A DNA stretch of 64,000 nt, from positions 33,679 to 97,678 of the forward strand of contig JBEIGI010000008.1 of the NCBI GenBank assembly GCA_040381975.1, in the 5' to 3' direction. Positions 9,292 to 17,980 of this stretch are shown here, piece by piece; positions within the stretch are counted from its first letter, which is position 1; the number at the start of each line of letters is the position of its first letter. This stretch comes from Pirellula sp. GTDB lineage: Bacteria > Planctomycetota > Planctomycetia > Pirellulales > Pirellulaceae. Below the pieces are notes generated by a model that did no database searches, was not told where the DNA came from, and was given only the letters and a program-made list of their open reading frames with translations. A program made the position numbers and the translations under genes.

Positions 9292-10303
9292 TCGACGTAA
9301 GTGGGGCAAATTCTCGTCTTCGGGGATTGTGCTACGCTCTGCGATGGTCGCTTGCGTGCTCTGGATCGCAGTCGCCCACGCATCGACGGCGTCGGGGCAA
9401 ACCGACTCGCACATCAGTCGATCTTTGAATCAGCGGAATGCATCGACGCAAAGCGCCGTGCAACCAGCGTCAAGCGGATACGCGACAGGACAAGTCACAG
9501 GGCAGAGAGAACCGGAGGTTTTTCGACCTTCTGCCGCACCGATTTTGCCCGAGACGATCGAACGACTGAGCAAGAGTGATTCGAAGAGAGGCGAGAGTTG
9601 GTTGCAGGGAGCTGAACAATGGGTAGGCCCCAAAGGACTCTCTCAATCGATTCAAACTCTGTTGCTTTTGACTCTATTGAGTGCTGCTCCTGCTGCGATC
9701 CTGATGACAACCTGTTACGTGCGGGTTGTGATTGTTTTGGGTGTGCTCAAACAAGCACTTGGTAATCAGCAGTTACCTCCGACACAAGTACTCAGTGGAA
9801 TCTCTTTGTTTATCACCTTGTTTGTGATGAGCCCTGTGTGGAAGCAAGTCTATGACGAAGCGATTGTACCTTACACCGCACAAGACAGCACCATGGGAGC
9901 CGACCAAGCCTGGGAGCGTGGCATTGCACCTGTGCATCGCTTTATGGCTAGACAAATTGCGATGGCCGGAAATTACGAAGATGTCCATTTGTTCTATAGC
10001 AGGCATGCTCCGAATACCGCTGCACCAGAGAACTATGAAAGTGTACCGCTGATTGTTCTGTTGCCTGCGTACATGCTCAGCGAATTGAAAACAGCGTTTT
10101 TGATGGGATTCCAGATCTACTTACCCTTCCTGGTCTTGGACTTGGTAATCGCATCGGTCATCGCCTCGATGGGTTTGTCGCAATTATCCCCTGCGACGAT
10201 ATCGATACCCTTTAAGTTGTTGCTATTTGTATTGGTCGATGGCTGGCGGCTCGTCGTGCAAATGCTGCTCGATAGCTTTGGAACCGTCAGTGGTACGCTC
10301 TAG
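9263..10303 (+). CDS. fliP: Flagellar/T3SS export-gate protein FliP (SctR family) with an extended N-terminus
   Basis: 'LLLLTLLSAAPAAILMTTCYVRVVIVLGVLKQALGNQQLPPTQVL', 'LLPAYMLSELKTAFLMGFQIYLPFLVLDLVIASV' and 'ISIPFKLLLFVLVDGWRLV'. The start is uncertain: 9263 overlaps the upstream gene, and the ATG at 9344 gives 'MVACVLWIAVAHASTASG'. Confidence 0.9.
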   Translation: MNARSNRQDDRRKWGKFSSSGIVLRSAMVACVLWIAVAHASTASGQTDSHISRSLNQRNASTQSAVQPASSGYATGQVTGQREPEVFRPSAAPILPETIERLSKSDSKRGESWLQGAEQWVGPKGLSQSIQTLLLLTLLSAAPAAILMTTCYVRVVIVLGVLKQALGNQQLPPTQVLSGISLFITLFVMSPVWKQVYDEAIVPYTAQDSTMGADQAWERGIAPVHRFMARQIAMAGNYEDVHLFYSRHAPNTAAPENYESVPLIVLLPAYMLSELKTAFLMGFQIYLPFLVLDLVIASVIASMGLSQLSPATISIPFKLLLFVLVDGWRLVVQMLLDSFGTVSGTL

Positions 10304-10316
10304 AGATTTACAAAAG

Positions 10317-10601
10317 ATGGTTACTCAGGATGCTGTGGATTTGGTGCGAGGGTCATTGCTTCAGGCGTTAATGATTGCAGGACCATTGCTGCTCATCGCT
10401 CTCGTGGTTGGTTTGATACTAGGTATCTTACAAACAGCCATGCAGATCCAGGACTCGACCGTAGCGATGATTCCACGTTTGATTCTGTTAAGCCTAGTAC
10501 TCATGCTGCTGTTGCCTTGGATGGCCGATCGACTCGTTGGCTACTCCAAAGAAAGGATCTTGGAAATACCATCGGTTGTTTCAGGCAAAGGCACGCCATG
10601 A
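10317..10601 (+). CDS. fliQ: Flagellar/T3SS export-gate protein FliQ (SctS family)
   Basis: A 94-aa protein from the ATG at 10317: 'MVTQDAVDLVRGSLLQALMIAGPLLLIALVVGLILGILQTAMQIQDSTVAMIPRL'. This two-TM hairpin is typical of FliQ. Confidence 0.85.
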   Translation: MVTQDAVDLVRGSLLQALMIAGPLLLIALVVGLILGILQTAMQIQDSTVAMIPRLILLSLVLMLLLPWMADRLVGYSKERILEIPSVVSGKGTP

Positions 10602-11440
10602 ATGCGTTGATTGCAATAGGCCTAGAGTCCATGCTTTGGTGCTATGCCTGCATCGCGTTGCGACTCTTGCCCATTCTTGCCACCTTGCCTCCATTCTCAT
10701 TTGGGGCTGTATCATGGATGCTACGATGCCTTCTGCTCTCGATGGTATGTCTATCCATCACTCCTTTGATGGGCCAACAAGTAAGGATTGAACTTCCGAG
10801 CACACTTGGAGTCGGATTGGGTATTCTGACAAGTGAGTTTCTATTTGGGTCAGCCATCGCGCTGAGCATTCATTTGTTCCTATCCGCTTTTCAGACGGTG
10901 GGTAACTCCCTTGCGGAACTATCTGGATTGAGTTTCGATGACACCTCGGACGATGCAGGAATAGCCAACCAAATCCAACGGGCATTGGCATGGATCGCTG
11001 GCACTCTATTCGTGTTATGCGGTGGCCATCGTTGGGCTCTGAAGATTGTCCTGGAGAGCTTTGATCGGTTTCCGCTTGGATCGGGATTAGATACCACAGA
11101 GTTGCTCTACCTAGTTCCTCTGCACTTAGGCCAAGCCCTATCGATCGCGCTGCGAATCGCGTTGCCAGCCGCCCTGGTGATCGTCTTGGTGGGCATCGCG
11201 AAATCTTGGATCATGCGATCCTTGAAAGCATGGGACAGCATTGCAATTGGTGCCCCAATACAGACCGTCGGTCTGGTTTGGGGATTGCTCTTATCCCTAA
11301 GCGCCATGGGCTGGCTTTTTCAACATGAGATAGCAGTCTGGATGGACAAGACCCAACGGACCGTTCTCGAACCACAGCAATGGAGTTCCTCCAAAGGCAC
11401 ATCGAGCGCAGAGAGTCAGCGGGTGGGTAAAGATGGCTGA
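10598..11440 (+). CDS. fliR: Flagellar/T3SS export-gate protein FliR (SctT family)
   Basis: ATGA start/stop overlap with fliQ at 10598-10601. Polytopic protein: 'ALRLLPILATLPPFSFGAVS...', 'LESFDRFPLG'. The position between fliQ and flhB fits FliR. Confidence 0.75.
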   Translation: MNALIAIGLESMLWCYACIALRLLPILATLPPFSFGAVSWMLRCLLLSMVCLSITPLMGQQVRIELPSTLGVGLGILTSEFLFGSAIALSIHLFLSAFQTVGNSLAELSGLSFDDTSDDAGIANQIQRALAWIAGTLFVLCGGHRWALKIVLESFDRFPLGSGLDTTELLYLVPLHLGQALSIALRIALPAALVIVLVGIAKSWIMRSLKAWDSIAIGAPIQTVGLVWGLLLSLSAMGWLFQHEIAVWMDKTQRTVLEPQQWSSSKGTSSAESQRVGKDG

Positions 11441-12176
11441 GTCTATTGAGAGCAAAAAACATCCCGCCACAGCACTCAGGCGCCGGCGAGCCCACGACGA
11501 GGGTGTATTCCCACGAAGTCAAGAGTGGACCGTTGCCCTCACGTGGCTCGCAGGTATGGCGATGCTGCAATCAGTCGGCCCCTACTCCTTTAGGGTGCTC
11601 TCGGGGATGCTCGATCAAAGGCTTGGTCAAGTTCGCTTCAGTGATGAAACCACAGCGCATTGGAACCAAGGACTTTGGCACTGCGCGATCCAAGCCGGAC
11701 AGGCAATCCTACCGTTGCTTGCAGGTCTTTTTTGTATGGGATTGGCGGTGCATTTCGCTCAAGCTGGTTTTCGTTTTCGCCTGGATCGCTTGGCATGGGA
11801 TTCGGGACGACTCATGCCAAGATTCAACGCCCCTTGGAATACCGATGCTTGGGTGCCTGTGCTGAGCGGGTTACTCAAACTGGCATTGATTTTGGGGGTT
11901 CTTGGATTTGGAACGACAAGCCGAATGGCAGAGTTTGCATCCTGGAGCGAGTTACCCTTAGAGATAGGGTTCAAGGCTCTTTGGCAGTTTCTTCTCGAGC
12001 TTGGATGGTACCTTGGATTGGGTTGGTTGGTCTTGGCTGGAGCCGACTACTCTTGGAATTACTGGCGACACGAGCGGGCTTTAAGAATGACCGACAGCGA
12101 ACTTCGCGAGGAACTCAGGGAGACTCAAGGCGACCCAAGTTTGCGATCCAGACGCCGCCGCATACTATCCGACTGA
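11433..12176 (+). CDS. flhB: FlhB/SctU-family export switch protein, transmembrane N-terminal part only (no NPTH domain)
   Basis: 8-nt overlap with fliR. The N-terminus 'KKHPATALRRRRAHDEGVFPRSQEW' matches the FlhB 'EKTEEPTPKR..AREEGQV.RS.E' region. The protein ends at 'MTDSELREELRETQGDPSLRSRRRRILSD*', the linker just before the point where NPTH normally follows. Confidence 0.75.
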   Translation: MAESIESKKHPATALRRRRAHDEGVFPRSQEWTVALTWLAGMAMLQSVGPYSFRVLSGMLDQRLGQVRFSDETTAHWNQGLWHCAIQAGQAILPLLAGLFCMGLAVHFAQAGFRFRLDRLAWDSGRLMPRFNAPWNTDAWVPVLSGLLKLALILGVLGFGTTSRMAEFASWSELPLEIGFKALWQFLLELGWYLGLGWLVLAGADYSWNYWRHERALRMTDSELREELRETQGDPSLRSRRRRILSD

Positions 12177-12227
12177 TCGATCGTTACGAGCGATCAGTCG
12201 GACAGATTGTTGATGATCCGCTGGCGA

Positions 12228-13778
12228 TTACTCGCGACCTGCAGTTACGCCAGGCCAATCGTCCGTACGGAAAGGGGTCAAGGGCAAGCCACCAGCGCTA
12301 AACATGTTGCAAACGGGATTATCCGCCCAAGCATAACGCACCGAGATGGGTTTAGGCACACTCGGACTCGAAACGCGAATCTTTCCTCCGTCGATAATCT
12401 TGGCAGTGGCTGCGTAGAATTTTTTGTCTTCACCTGCGATGGTAAACCCGATAGGTTCGTTGACATCGAAGGGGCGCCATCCGTTTGCCAAATGATTAAA
12501 GCTTAGGACGATTCCCTCGCCATCGGCTTGCATCGAAGCGTACCTAGGGCTTTGATGTTCGATGGGGATTCCATATTCGTTAGCCAATGCCCAGCGAGCC
12601 AGTCGCCTTCCAACATCGACTTTATTCTTTGGGTGAATATCTTTTCCTTCACCGATGTCGATAATGACGGCTTGGCCCGTATGCGGAAGTTTATCCAAGG
12701 TCATGGTTTGAGCTTCACGCAGTTCGGCCCAATCGCTTTCGCTAGGCTCCTTGGGCTCGGCCTTAAAGTCCGCCAACTGAACCCAATAGAAGGGGAAGTC
12801 ACCTTGCCCCCATTCTTTTCGCCAATTTTGAATCATCAACGGAAATAGATCGCGGTATTGGTAAGCTCGTCCAGCGTTGGATTCACCTTGATACCAAATC
12901 GCACCTTTAATGCCATAGCCGATATGGGACTTGAGCACCCCATTATAAATATTCGCAGGACGCTGATTACCTCGCATCTGATTGCCGAGATTCTTGAGCT
13001 GATCCTCTTCCTCCTTGGTGCGTTCTTTTTTGTCGCTTAGGCTTTTGAATCGATCGGCGTTGGCTGTCCAATTCTCAACCATTTTATTGAAGTGTCCATC
13101 GGCTTTGAGCACATCGAGATTAACCCAGGCTTCGCAAGCCGACCCACCCCAAGCGTTGTTGATCATACCGATTGGAACACCGGTGGTTTGATGGATTTGT
13201 CTTGCGAAGAAATAACCTACAGCGGAGAACTTGAGGTTGTTTTCCGGGTTGCAGACCATCCATTTACGGTCGTCGTGACTCCAAATCGGCTCTTGGGATC
13301 CGGTTTGAGGAAAGTTGATCATTCGGATTTTAGGGAAGTTCGCAGCCAGCCGTTCCAGGTCTGGATCGTTGGATTGAGCGACCGACCATTGCATGTTCGA
13401 TTGACCAGAGCAGATCCAAACTTCTCCGACCAACACATCCGAGATCGTCTTGGTAGAACTTCCTGCGACCGTGATCGTCAATGGCTCTCCGATCTCCATC
13501 GCAGGCAACTTCGCTTCCCAATTTCCTGCCGCATCGGTGGTGGCACTTACCTTCTTGTCACCGACGCTGATGGTGACCACTTGGCCGGGGTTGTCTTTCC
13601 CCCAAATCTTGTTCTCTTGCTTTTGTTGCAAGACCATCGAGTCGCTGAAGATATTTGGCAGTTTGACCTCTGCCATGGCGTGATTCGCTAGGGCCGAGCC
13701 ACTTAGGAATGCCAAAGAGAACATGGCGCGGCGAGCCCACGTAGTCTTACGAGTTTCTTTTGTAAGCAGTTGGTTCAT
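12228..13778 (-). CDS. Sialate O-acetylesterase-like (SASA/SGNH) carbohydrate esterase, secreted
   Basis: Signal peptide from the ATG at 13778 ('MNQLLTKETRKTTWARRAMFSLAFLSGSALANHAMA'). 'KLPNIFSDSMVLQQ', 'GEVWICSGQSNMQWSV', 'NNAWGGSACEAW' and 'GAIWYQGESN'. The longer ORF-track start at 13991 overlaps the upstream gene. Confidence 0.8.
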   Translation of the reverse strand: MNQLLTKETRKTTWARRAMFSLAFLSGSALANHAMAEVKLPNIFSDSMVLQQKQENKIWGKDNPGQVVTISVGDKKVSATTDAAGNWEAKLPAMEIGEPLTITVAGSSTKTISDVLVGEVWICSGQSNMQWSVAQSNDPDLERLAANFPKIRMINFPQTGSQEPIWSHDDRKWMVCNPENNLKFSAVGYFFARQIHQTTGVPIGMINNAWGGSACEAWVNLDVLKADGHFNKMVENWTANADRFKSLSDKKERTKEEEDQLKNLGNQMRGNQRPANIYNGVLKSHIGYGIKGAIWYQGESNAGRAYQYRDLFPLMIQNWRKEWGQGDFPFYWVQLADFKAEPKEPSESDWAELREAQTMTLDKLPHTGQAVIIDIGEGKDIHPKNKVDVGRRLARWALANEYGIPIEHQSPRYASMQADGEGIVLSFNHLANGWRPFDVNEPIGFTIAGEDKKFYAATAKIIDGGKIRVSSPSVPKPISVRYAWADNPVCNMFSAGGLPLTPFRTDDWPGVTAGRE

Positions 13779-13851
13779 AACGATTTCAAACCCTTTCAGT
13801 AAGCCGGTCTTATTATTGGATGCCGGTCGGTGGAGAGAAAAAAGACGGAGA

Positions 13852-15075
13852 TCAATTCCAAGCCAAGACGATCCATCTCCATGCACAGACGTGAACAAAT
13901 AGAGTACCGGTCCAAATCGCCAGTGCAATAACCCGCAGAGGGAAAACAAGACTCTCATCACTTTTCCTTCTCGAAAGCCAACCGCAGCCAAACATCGCCA
14001 ATAGAGTGCCGATAAGACTCACGGGCACCATGGCTTGCCAACCGAACAGGCTTCCGGCAAGCAAGTGCAGAATCGTCCAATGCCAAATCCAGCCGTTGTT
14101 TCGCAAGTCGTCTTGCTGGGTTTGCTCTGGATCCTTCAAGTAGTAGCAAGTTAGAAGTCGGGCGGTAAGAAGTGCAAGACAAACTCCCGCCAAAGCCCCC
14201 AAACTTGAGGTGATAGCGCGGTCGATGTACTGCGGTGAACGAGTTAAAAATCTCTCCCCCCATGGCTCCGTCCAAGCAACACGAAGGAGGGTTGGATTGG
14301 CGATGCAACTTGCAAAGTAGATTCCAAGGACAATGATTAATGGAAGTTTAGGAAATCTCAAACGCTCTGATTGAGTTCCGATGAGCATTACTGAGATAGC
14401 AAACAGACTTAGATGAACGGCAAGAGCACCGATCAAATCCCACTTCGGATAAAAAACCGTAAACGCGATTCCGGCACCAAATCGCCAATCGCGGTACGGA
14501 AGATTGATCCCATTTCCAATAAGTTCTAGGGTGCCTAGTATGACAAATATCAAGCCGACAATGATCTCCAAGATCAAGTAGCGAGGTGATATCGGCAATC
14601 GGCATGCACGGCATCGACCGCGCAGAAGAATCCATCCAAACACTGGCGAATTGTCGATCATATTCAGTGGCTTATCGCAAAATGGGCAATGCGAACCTCG
14701 CGAAACGATTGTCTTCTTTCGCGGTGTTCTGCTGGCGACGACGTTGATGAAACTGCCGATGCTGGCACCTAAATAAAAGAACCAGAAGACGAACCAGTAT
14801 TCGACCGTTCGGCGGATAAACCAAATCGCAGACGAAATCTCTGGATCTTTCGGACTAAACTTCCATTTCGATGTTGCGATTTTTTGCCTGATATAAAGTT
14901 GCGGCAGGACCACCGAATAGAGGATCCATCCGGCCAAAAGAGTTCCTAGCAGAAGCATCAATGGCCAATCTCGACGAAACGAGATGATGCTCTTTCGACG
15001 TTTGGGAAGACCGATCGGTTCATCGACAAAGTCTGGTTGCACCTGGGGCTCTTCCCCCGAAAGCCAGTCGCTCAA
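13852..15075 (-). CDS. Prepilin peptidase-like (A24 family N-terminal zinc-finger region) polytopic membrane protein
   Basis: 'SFINVVASRTPRKKTIVSRGSHCPFCDKPLNMIDNSPVFGWILLRGRCRACRLPISPRYLILE' is the CxxC...CxxC PilD-type N-terminal domain. Several TM segments follow. I could not find the canonical GxGD(V/F)K motif by eye. Confidence 0.65.
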   Translation of the reverse strand: MSDWLSGEEPQVQPDFVDEPIGLPKRRKSIISFRRDWPLMLLLGTLLAGWILYSVVLPQLYIRQKIATSKWKFSPKDPEISSAIWFIRRTVEYWFVFWFFYLGASIGSFINVVASRTPRKKTIVSRGSHCPFCDKPLNMIDNSPVFGWILLRGRCRACRLPISPRYLILEIIVGLIFVILGTLELIGNGINLPYRDWRFGAGIAFTVFYPKWDLIGALAVHLSLFAISVMLIGTQSERLRFPKLPLIIVLGIYFASCIANPTLLRVAWTEPWGERFLTRSPQYIDRAITSSLGALAGVCLALLTARLLTCYYLKDPEQTQQDDLRNNGWIWHWTILHLLAGSLFGWQAMVPVSLIGTLLAMFGCGWLSRRKSDESLVFPLRVIALAIWTGTLFVHVCAWRWIVLAWN

Positions 15076-16592
15076 AACGCGCCTCGCTTACTTTGTATCT
15101 GCTGTAGAAGTTCTTTTAAGGGGTCTTTCGGGACGGCTTGAGACGAACTGCGATTGTAGTCACTCGGGGATAGTCGGCGTACGGCGCCTGGATTTTGAGA
15201 GTCGGCCGCCGCTCGGTAGACATCGATCACACTATTGTCTTGAAGTTGATCCCCGGCCGGCAAAAGCAAGAAACCAACGCTGCGAGGCTGATAGTTCACA
15301 TCTTCGATCACATTAGGACTCTTGCCTGTTGCATCGATCGCGATCGATTGAAGGAACTCTTCGTAGACACTCACGTCGTAGAGCACCACAGGTGGTACAG
15401 GGATCTGAATCTCTCGACGATCCCAATTACCAAAACCATCACGCCACTCGACGGTTTGAATGACCGTCGAACCACCGTCGCGTTCGAGCTGCACGGTCTC
15501 TGATCCACCCTGTGGGATCCTGAGTCTTTTTGCTACCGCAGGATTTCGCCGATCGGCCAAGAGAACCAGCAAACCGTCGCTATGGGTGTTGGCAATCCGA
15601 AGCGATACCGGAGGGAGCGTTGCATTGGGGATCACCTGCTCGGAAACCACGCGATAACCCGGCTGAGGCAAAGCAAAGGTGGGTTGTTGGGGCCACCAGA
15701 CTTGCCAGGGTGAATACAGAATCGGTTGCAGCCAAAGTCCGTTATTTGGAACACAGGTTAAACCGAATCCAGGCATCATAACACTTTCAAAGCAGTAACC
15801 GCCGTTGAACTGCTGCAATCGCCAACATTGAGCAATCGAGTTGTTGATTCCTATCAATCGAACCGCAGATCTCTGATTTCGTTGAGCTAGAACTCCATTC
15901 CCAAAATTACCAGCTTGCTGGCCGTCGGCGCTAAGCGCGAGCCATTGATTACCGACCGACTGCTGGATCCGAACCATATCACCGCCTACTGGGGTGATCA
16001 TCCAAGCCCCTTGTGCGTCATCGGCTTGGGCACCGTTTGGAGCATTGGGTACCAATTGCAGTTGCCCCTGCCCGTTGGCTCTCACAAAGAGTCGATTACC
16101 AGCGTCTCCCGCCGACAGCAAAACGGTTTTGCTGATGTCTTCTGAATTCGAATCATTTGGATTCCAATCGCTGCCTTGGGGCACTTGGGGGAACTGTCCT
16201 GCATTGGCGGGATCTAGAGCAAAGACAGCCATGCGGCTTGTGGCAAACTCGATTTGACCATTTCTCAACGTACCGATACGCATGTTTCCTCGATTGGACG
16301 TTGGCCAAAGGATTACCCTCTGGGCTTGCCGAGATCCATATCCGATAAACTGTCCGTCGGGCGTGTCGTAGCGGCGTAAACGCGAATAGAGAGTTGTCTG
16401 ACCTGAGTCATCTCGCACGATCAACTCCTGGGCGTTGATGCGAGCGGAGGACTCCGTGGCAGCCCCCGGAGCCTTCAAGGTAAAAAACTCTTGTGCGATC
16501 GTCACGGAGTAACAAAGGCAAAAGCACGTCACGCCGATTAGCCAACCGATCGCAACAGAGAACTTCGGAAGTCGTATTAAGTTGATATTCAT
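15072..16592 (-). CDS. Secreted or membrane-anchored hypothetical protein, possibly with a beta-trefoil (QxW-like) region
   Basis: The ATG at 16592 gives 'MNINLIRLPKFSVAIGWLIGVTCFCLCYSVTIAQ', a signal peptide or anchor. The ORF-track alternative start is 16670. The 3' end overlaps the peptidase-like gene by 4 nt. 'AQCWRLQ', 'NQWLAL' and 'WQVWW' give only weak support for a lectin-like fold. Confidence 0.55.
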   Translation of the reverse strand: MNINLIRLPKFSVAIGWLIGVTCFCLCYSVTIAQEFFTLKAPGAATESSARINAQELIVRDDSGQTTLYSRLRRYDTPDGQFIGYGSRQAQRVILWPTSNRGNMRIGTLRNGQIEFATSRMAVFALDPANAGQFPQVPQGSDWNPNDSNSEDISKTVLLSAGDAGNRLFVRANGQGQLQLVPNAPNGAQADDAQGAWMITPVGGDMVRIQQSVGNQWLALSADGQQAGNFGNGVLAQRNQRSAVRLIGINNSIAQCWRLQQFNGGYCFESVMMPGFGLTCVPNNGLWLQPILYSPWQVWWPQQPTFALPQPGYRVVSEQVIPNATLPPVSLRIANTHSDGLLVLLADRRNPAVAKRLRIPQGGSETVQLERDGGSTVIQTVEWRDGFGNWDRREIQIPVPPVVLYDVSVYEEFLQSIAIDATGKSPNVIEDVNYQPRSVGFLLLPAGDQLQDNSVIDVYRAAADSQNPGAVRRLSPSDYNRSSSQAVPKDPLKELLQQIQSKRGAF

Positions 16593-16698
16593 CGCAAACT
16601 CTATGTCCCTGCCCCCGACATCGAAACGTGTCAAATCAACGATTGAGTCTTCGATGCGATTGTAACCCAAGTCTCTCTAGATGGAGTCTCTAAGTAAC

Positions 16699-17796
16699 TT
16701 ATTGGAAGCGAAAAAGGAAGCTCTCTAGGGCCATGCGTGCACGGTCTTCTTGACTATGGCTACCTTTGAGCTCTTTTTCCAATTCAACCAACCAACCGAG
16801 CATCTCTTTGGCTCTGTTCCAACCGATCCTTTTGAGCCTTTTTTCTTCTTTCGCATGATCGAATCGAAATCCCGCTCGGGAAAGAGCATCATTGAACGAA
16901 ACACTCTCATTCCCGTTGCGTTTCTGTTGGTCGTACCACGTTGCAGCAACGGCGTAGCGCCGCAGACTCCAAGACATTTGAGCAGCGAGTCCAACGGCGG
17001 ACTGCCCTGACATGATCAGTTTATCAACACCCTCGATCGCCTCAGCAATACGGCCTTCGGTCACAGCGTCGGTGAGTTTCCAAATCGTTTGCGTTCTCCA
17101 ACCGCCTACAAGTTCGTCGATACGTGCATCGGAGACTTTTCCCTGTGAATCAGCAAACAGAGCCAGTTTGGCTAGCTCACAATCGATCAGACCGCAGACA
17201 TATCCTATGCGGTCGGCGATCAGCGCTGCCTGCTTGTCCGTCAAGTCGATTTTATGCTTATGGTTTCCCCAATGTCTGATCCAAGCCAGAAGCTCATTGG
17301 ATTTGACCTCTGCAGTACCGATCAAAAAACCTTTGCTCTGCGCAATCCGATAGAGCCGAGTGTTCGAAGGCAGGGTTTGCATGTCTAGCAAAAGAGTCGA
17401 ACCCGGTGTGGATTGCTCGATCCAATGCTCGACCTTCTCACGATTCGAAGTCCCAGAGGAAACTGTTTTTTTTTCGTTTTCTTTCGGCGGCGAGACAAAT
17501 GAATCCGCTTTGCGAATGTACGCAACTTTGGGTCCCCCAGTATCGAAAAGGCTTTGCGTCGAGAGCTCGTCGTTGACATCCCTCCACTGAGCCTCGTCGC
17601 CTTCAAAGCGGGCGACGCTCAGTGGATCGACGCTAGCAAGTTGCAGTGCGTGTTCTATCGATTCACGTCGCAAGAAATCGTCCGGTCCGATCGCAATTAC
17701 GACTGCCGGAAGATCTCTTTTGACACTGCTAGCCAAGAATTCAATGGCGTGGGTAATCGCCTCGGACTTGGTTTTTCCAGTTGTTTTGGCTACCAC
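16699..17796 (-). CDS. holA: DNA polymerase III subunit delta
   Basis: 'LPAVVIAIGPDDFLRRESIEH...ARFEGDEAQWRDVNDELSTQSLFDTGGPKVAYIRKAD' matches the HolA N-terminal pattern. The 365-aa length also fits. Confidence 0.65.
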   Translation of the reverse strand: MVAKTTGKTKSEAITHAIEFLASSVKRDLPAVVIAIGPDDFLRRESIEHALQLASVDPLSVARFEGDEAQWRDVNDELSTQSLFDTGGPKVAYIRKADSFVSPPKENEKKTVSSGTSNREKVEHWIEQSTPGSTLLLDMQTLPSNTRLYRIAQSKGFLIGTAEVKSNELLAWIRHWGNHKHKIDLTDKQAALIADRIGYVCGLIDCELAKLALFADSQGKVSDARIDELVGGWRTQTIWKLTDAVTEGRIAEAIEGVDKLIMSGQSAVGLAAQMSWSLRRYAVAATWYDQQKRNGNESVSFNDALSRAGFRFDHAKEEKRLKRIGWNRAKEMLGWLVELEKELKGSHSQEDRARMALESFLFRFQ

Positions 17797-17980
17797 AGGT
17801 TTGGGTTCACAGAAAAGTTAAACGTAAGGGTTGTCAACTGTCTAGTATTCTAACGAATCAGACGGCCAAGTCGAAGGCTTGGAGATCTGTGAGTCTGCAT
17901 GTGGCGTGCGATGAATGCTTTTACATGAAGATTGCAGGGGATGTTCCTCAAGCTGCCAGAAGCTTGAGTAGCGTGTGGGG

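Noticed and set aside
11660-12506. ORFs 11660..12301 and 12207..12506 as a frameshifted continuation of flhB
   Set aside because: Neither translation contains NPTH or any FlhB C-domain-like sequence. Both overlap the well-supported esterase gene on the opposite strand.
17890-17930. GATGAATG string reminiscent of RNase P RNA; other known ncRNAs (SRP, tmRNA) in the holA-nnrD gap
   Set aside because: The other universally conserved RNase P, SRP and tmRNA motifs (for example GGAAAGUCCGG, the GGAAG..CAGC SRP loop, a CCA-end tRNA-like domain) are absent. The region is reported only as an unclassified sRNA candidate.
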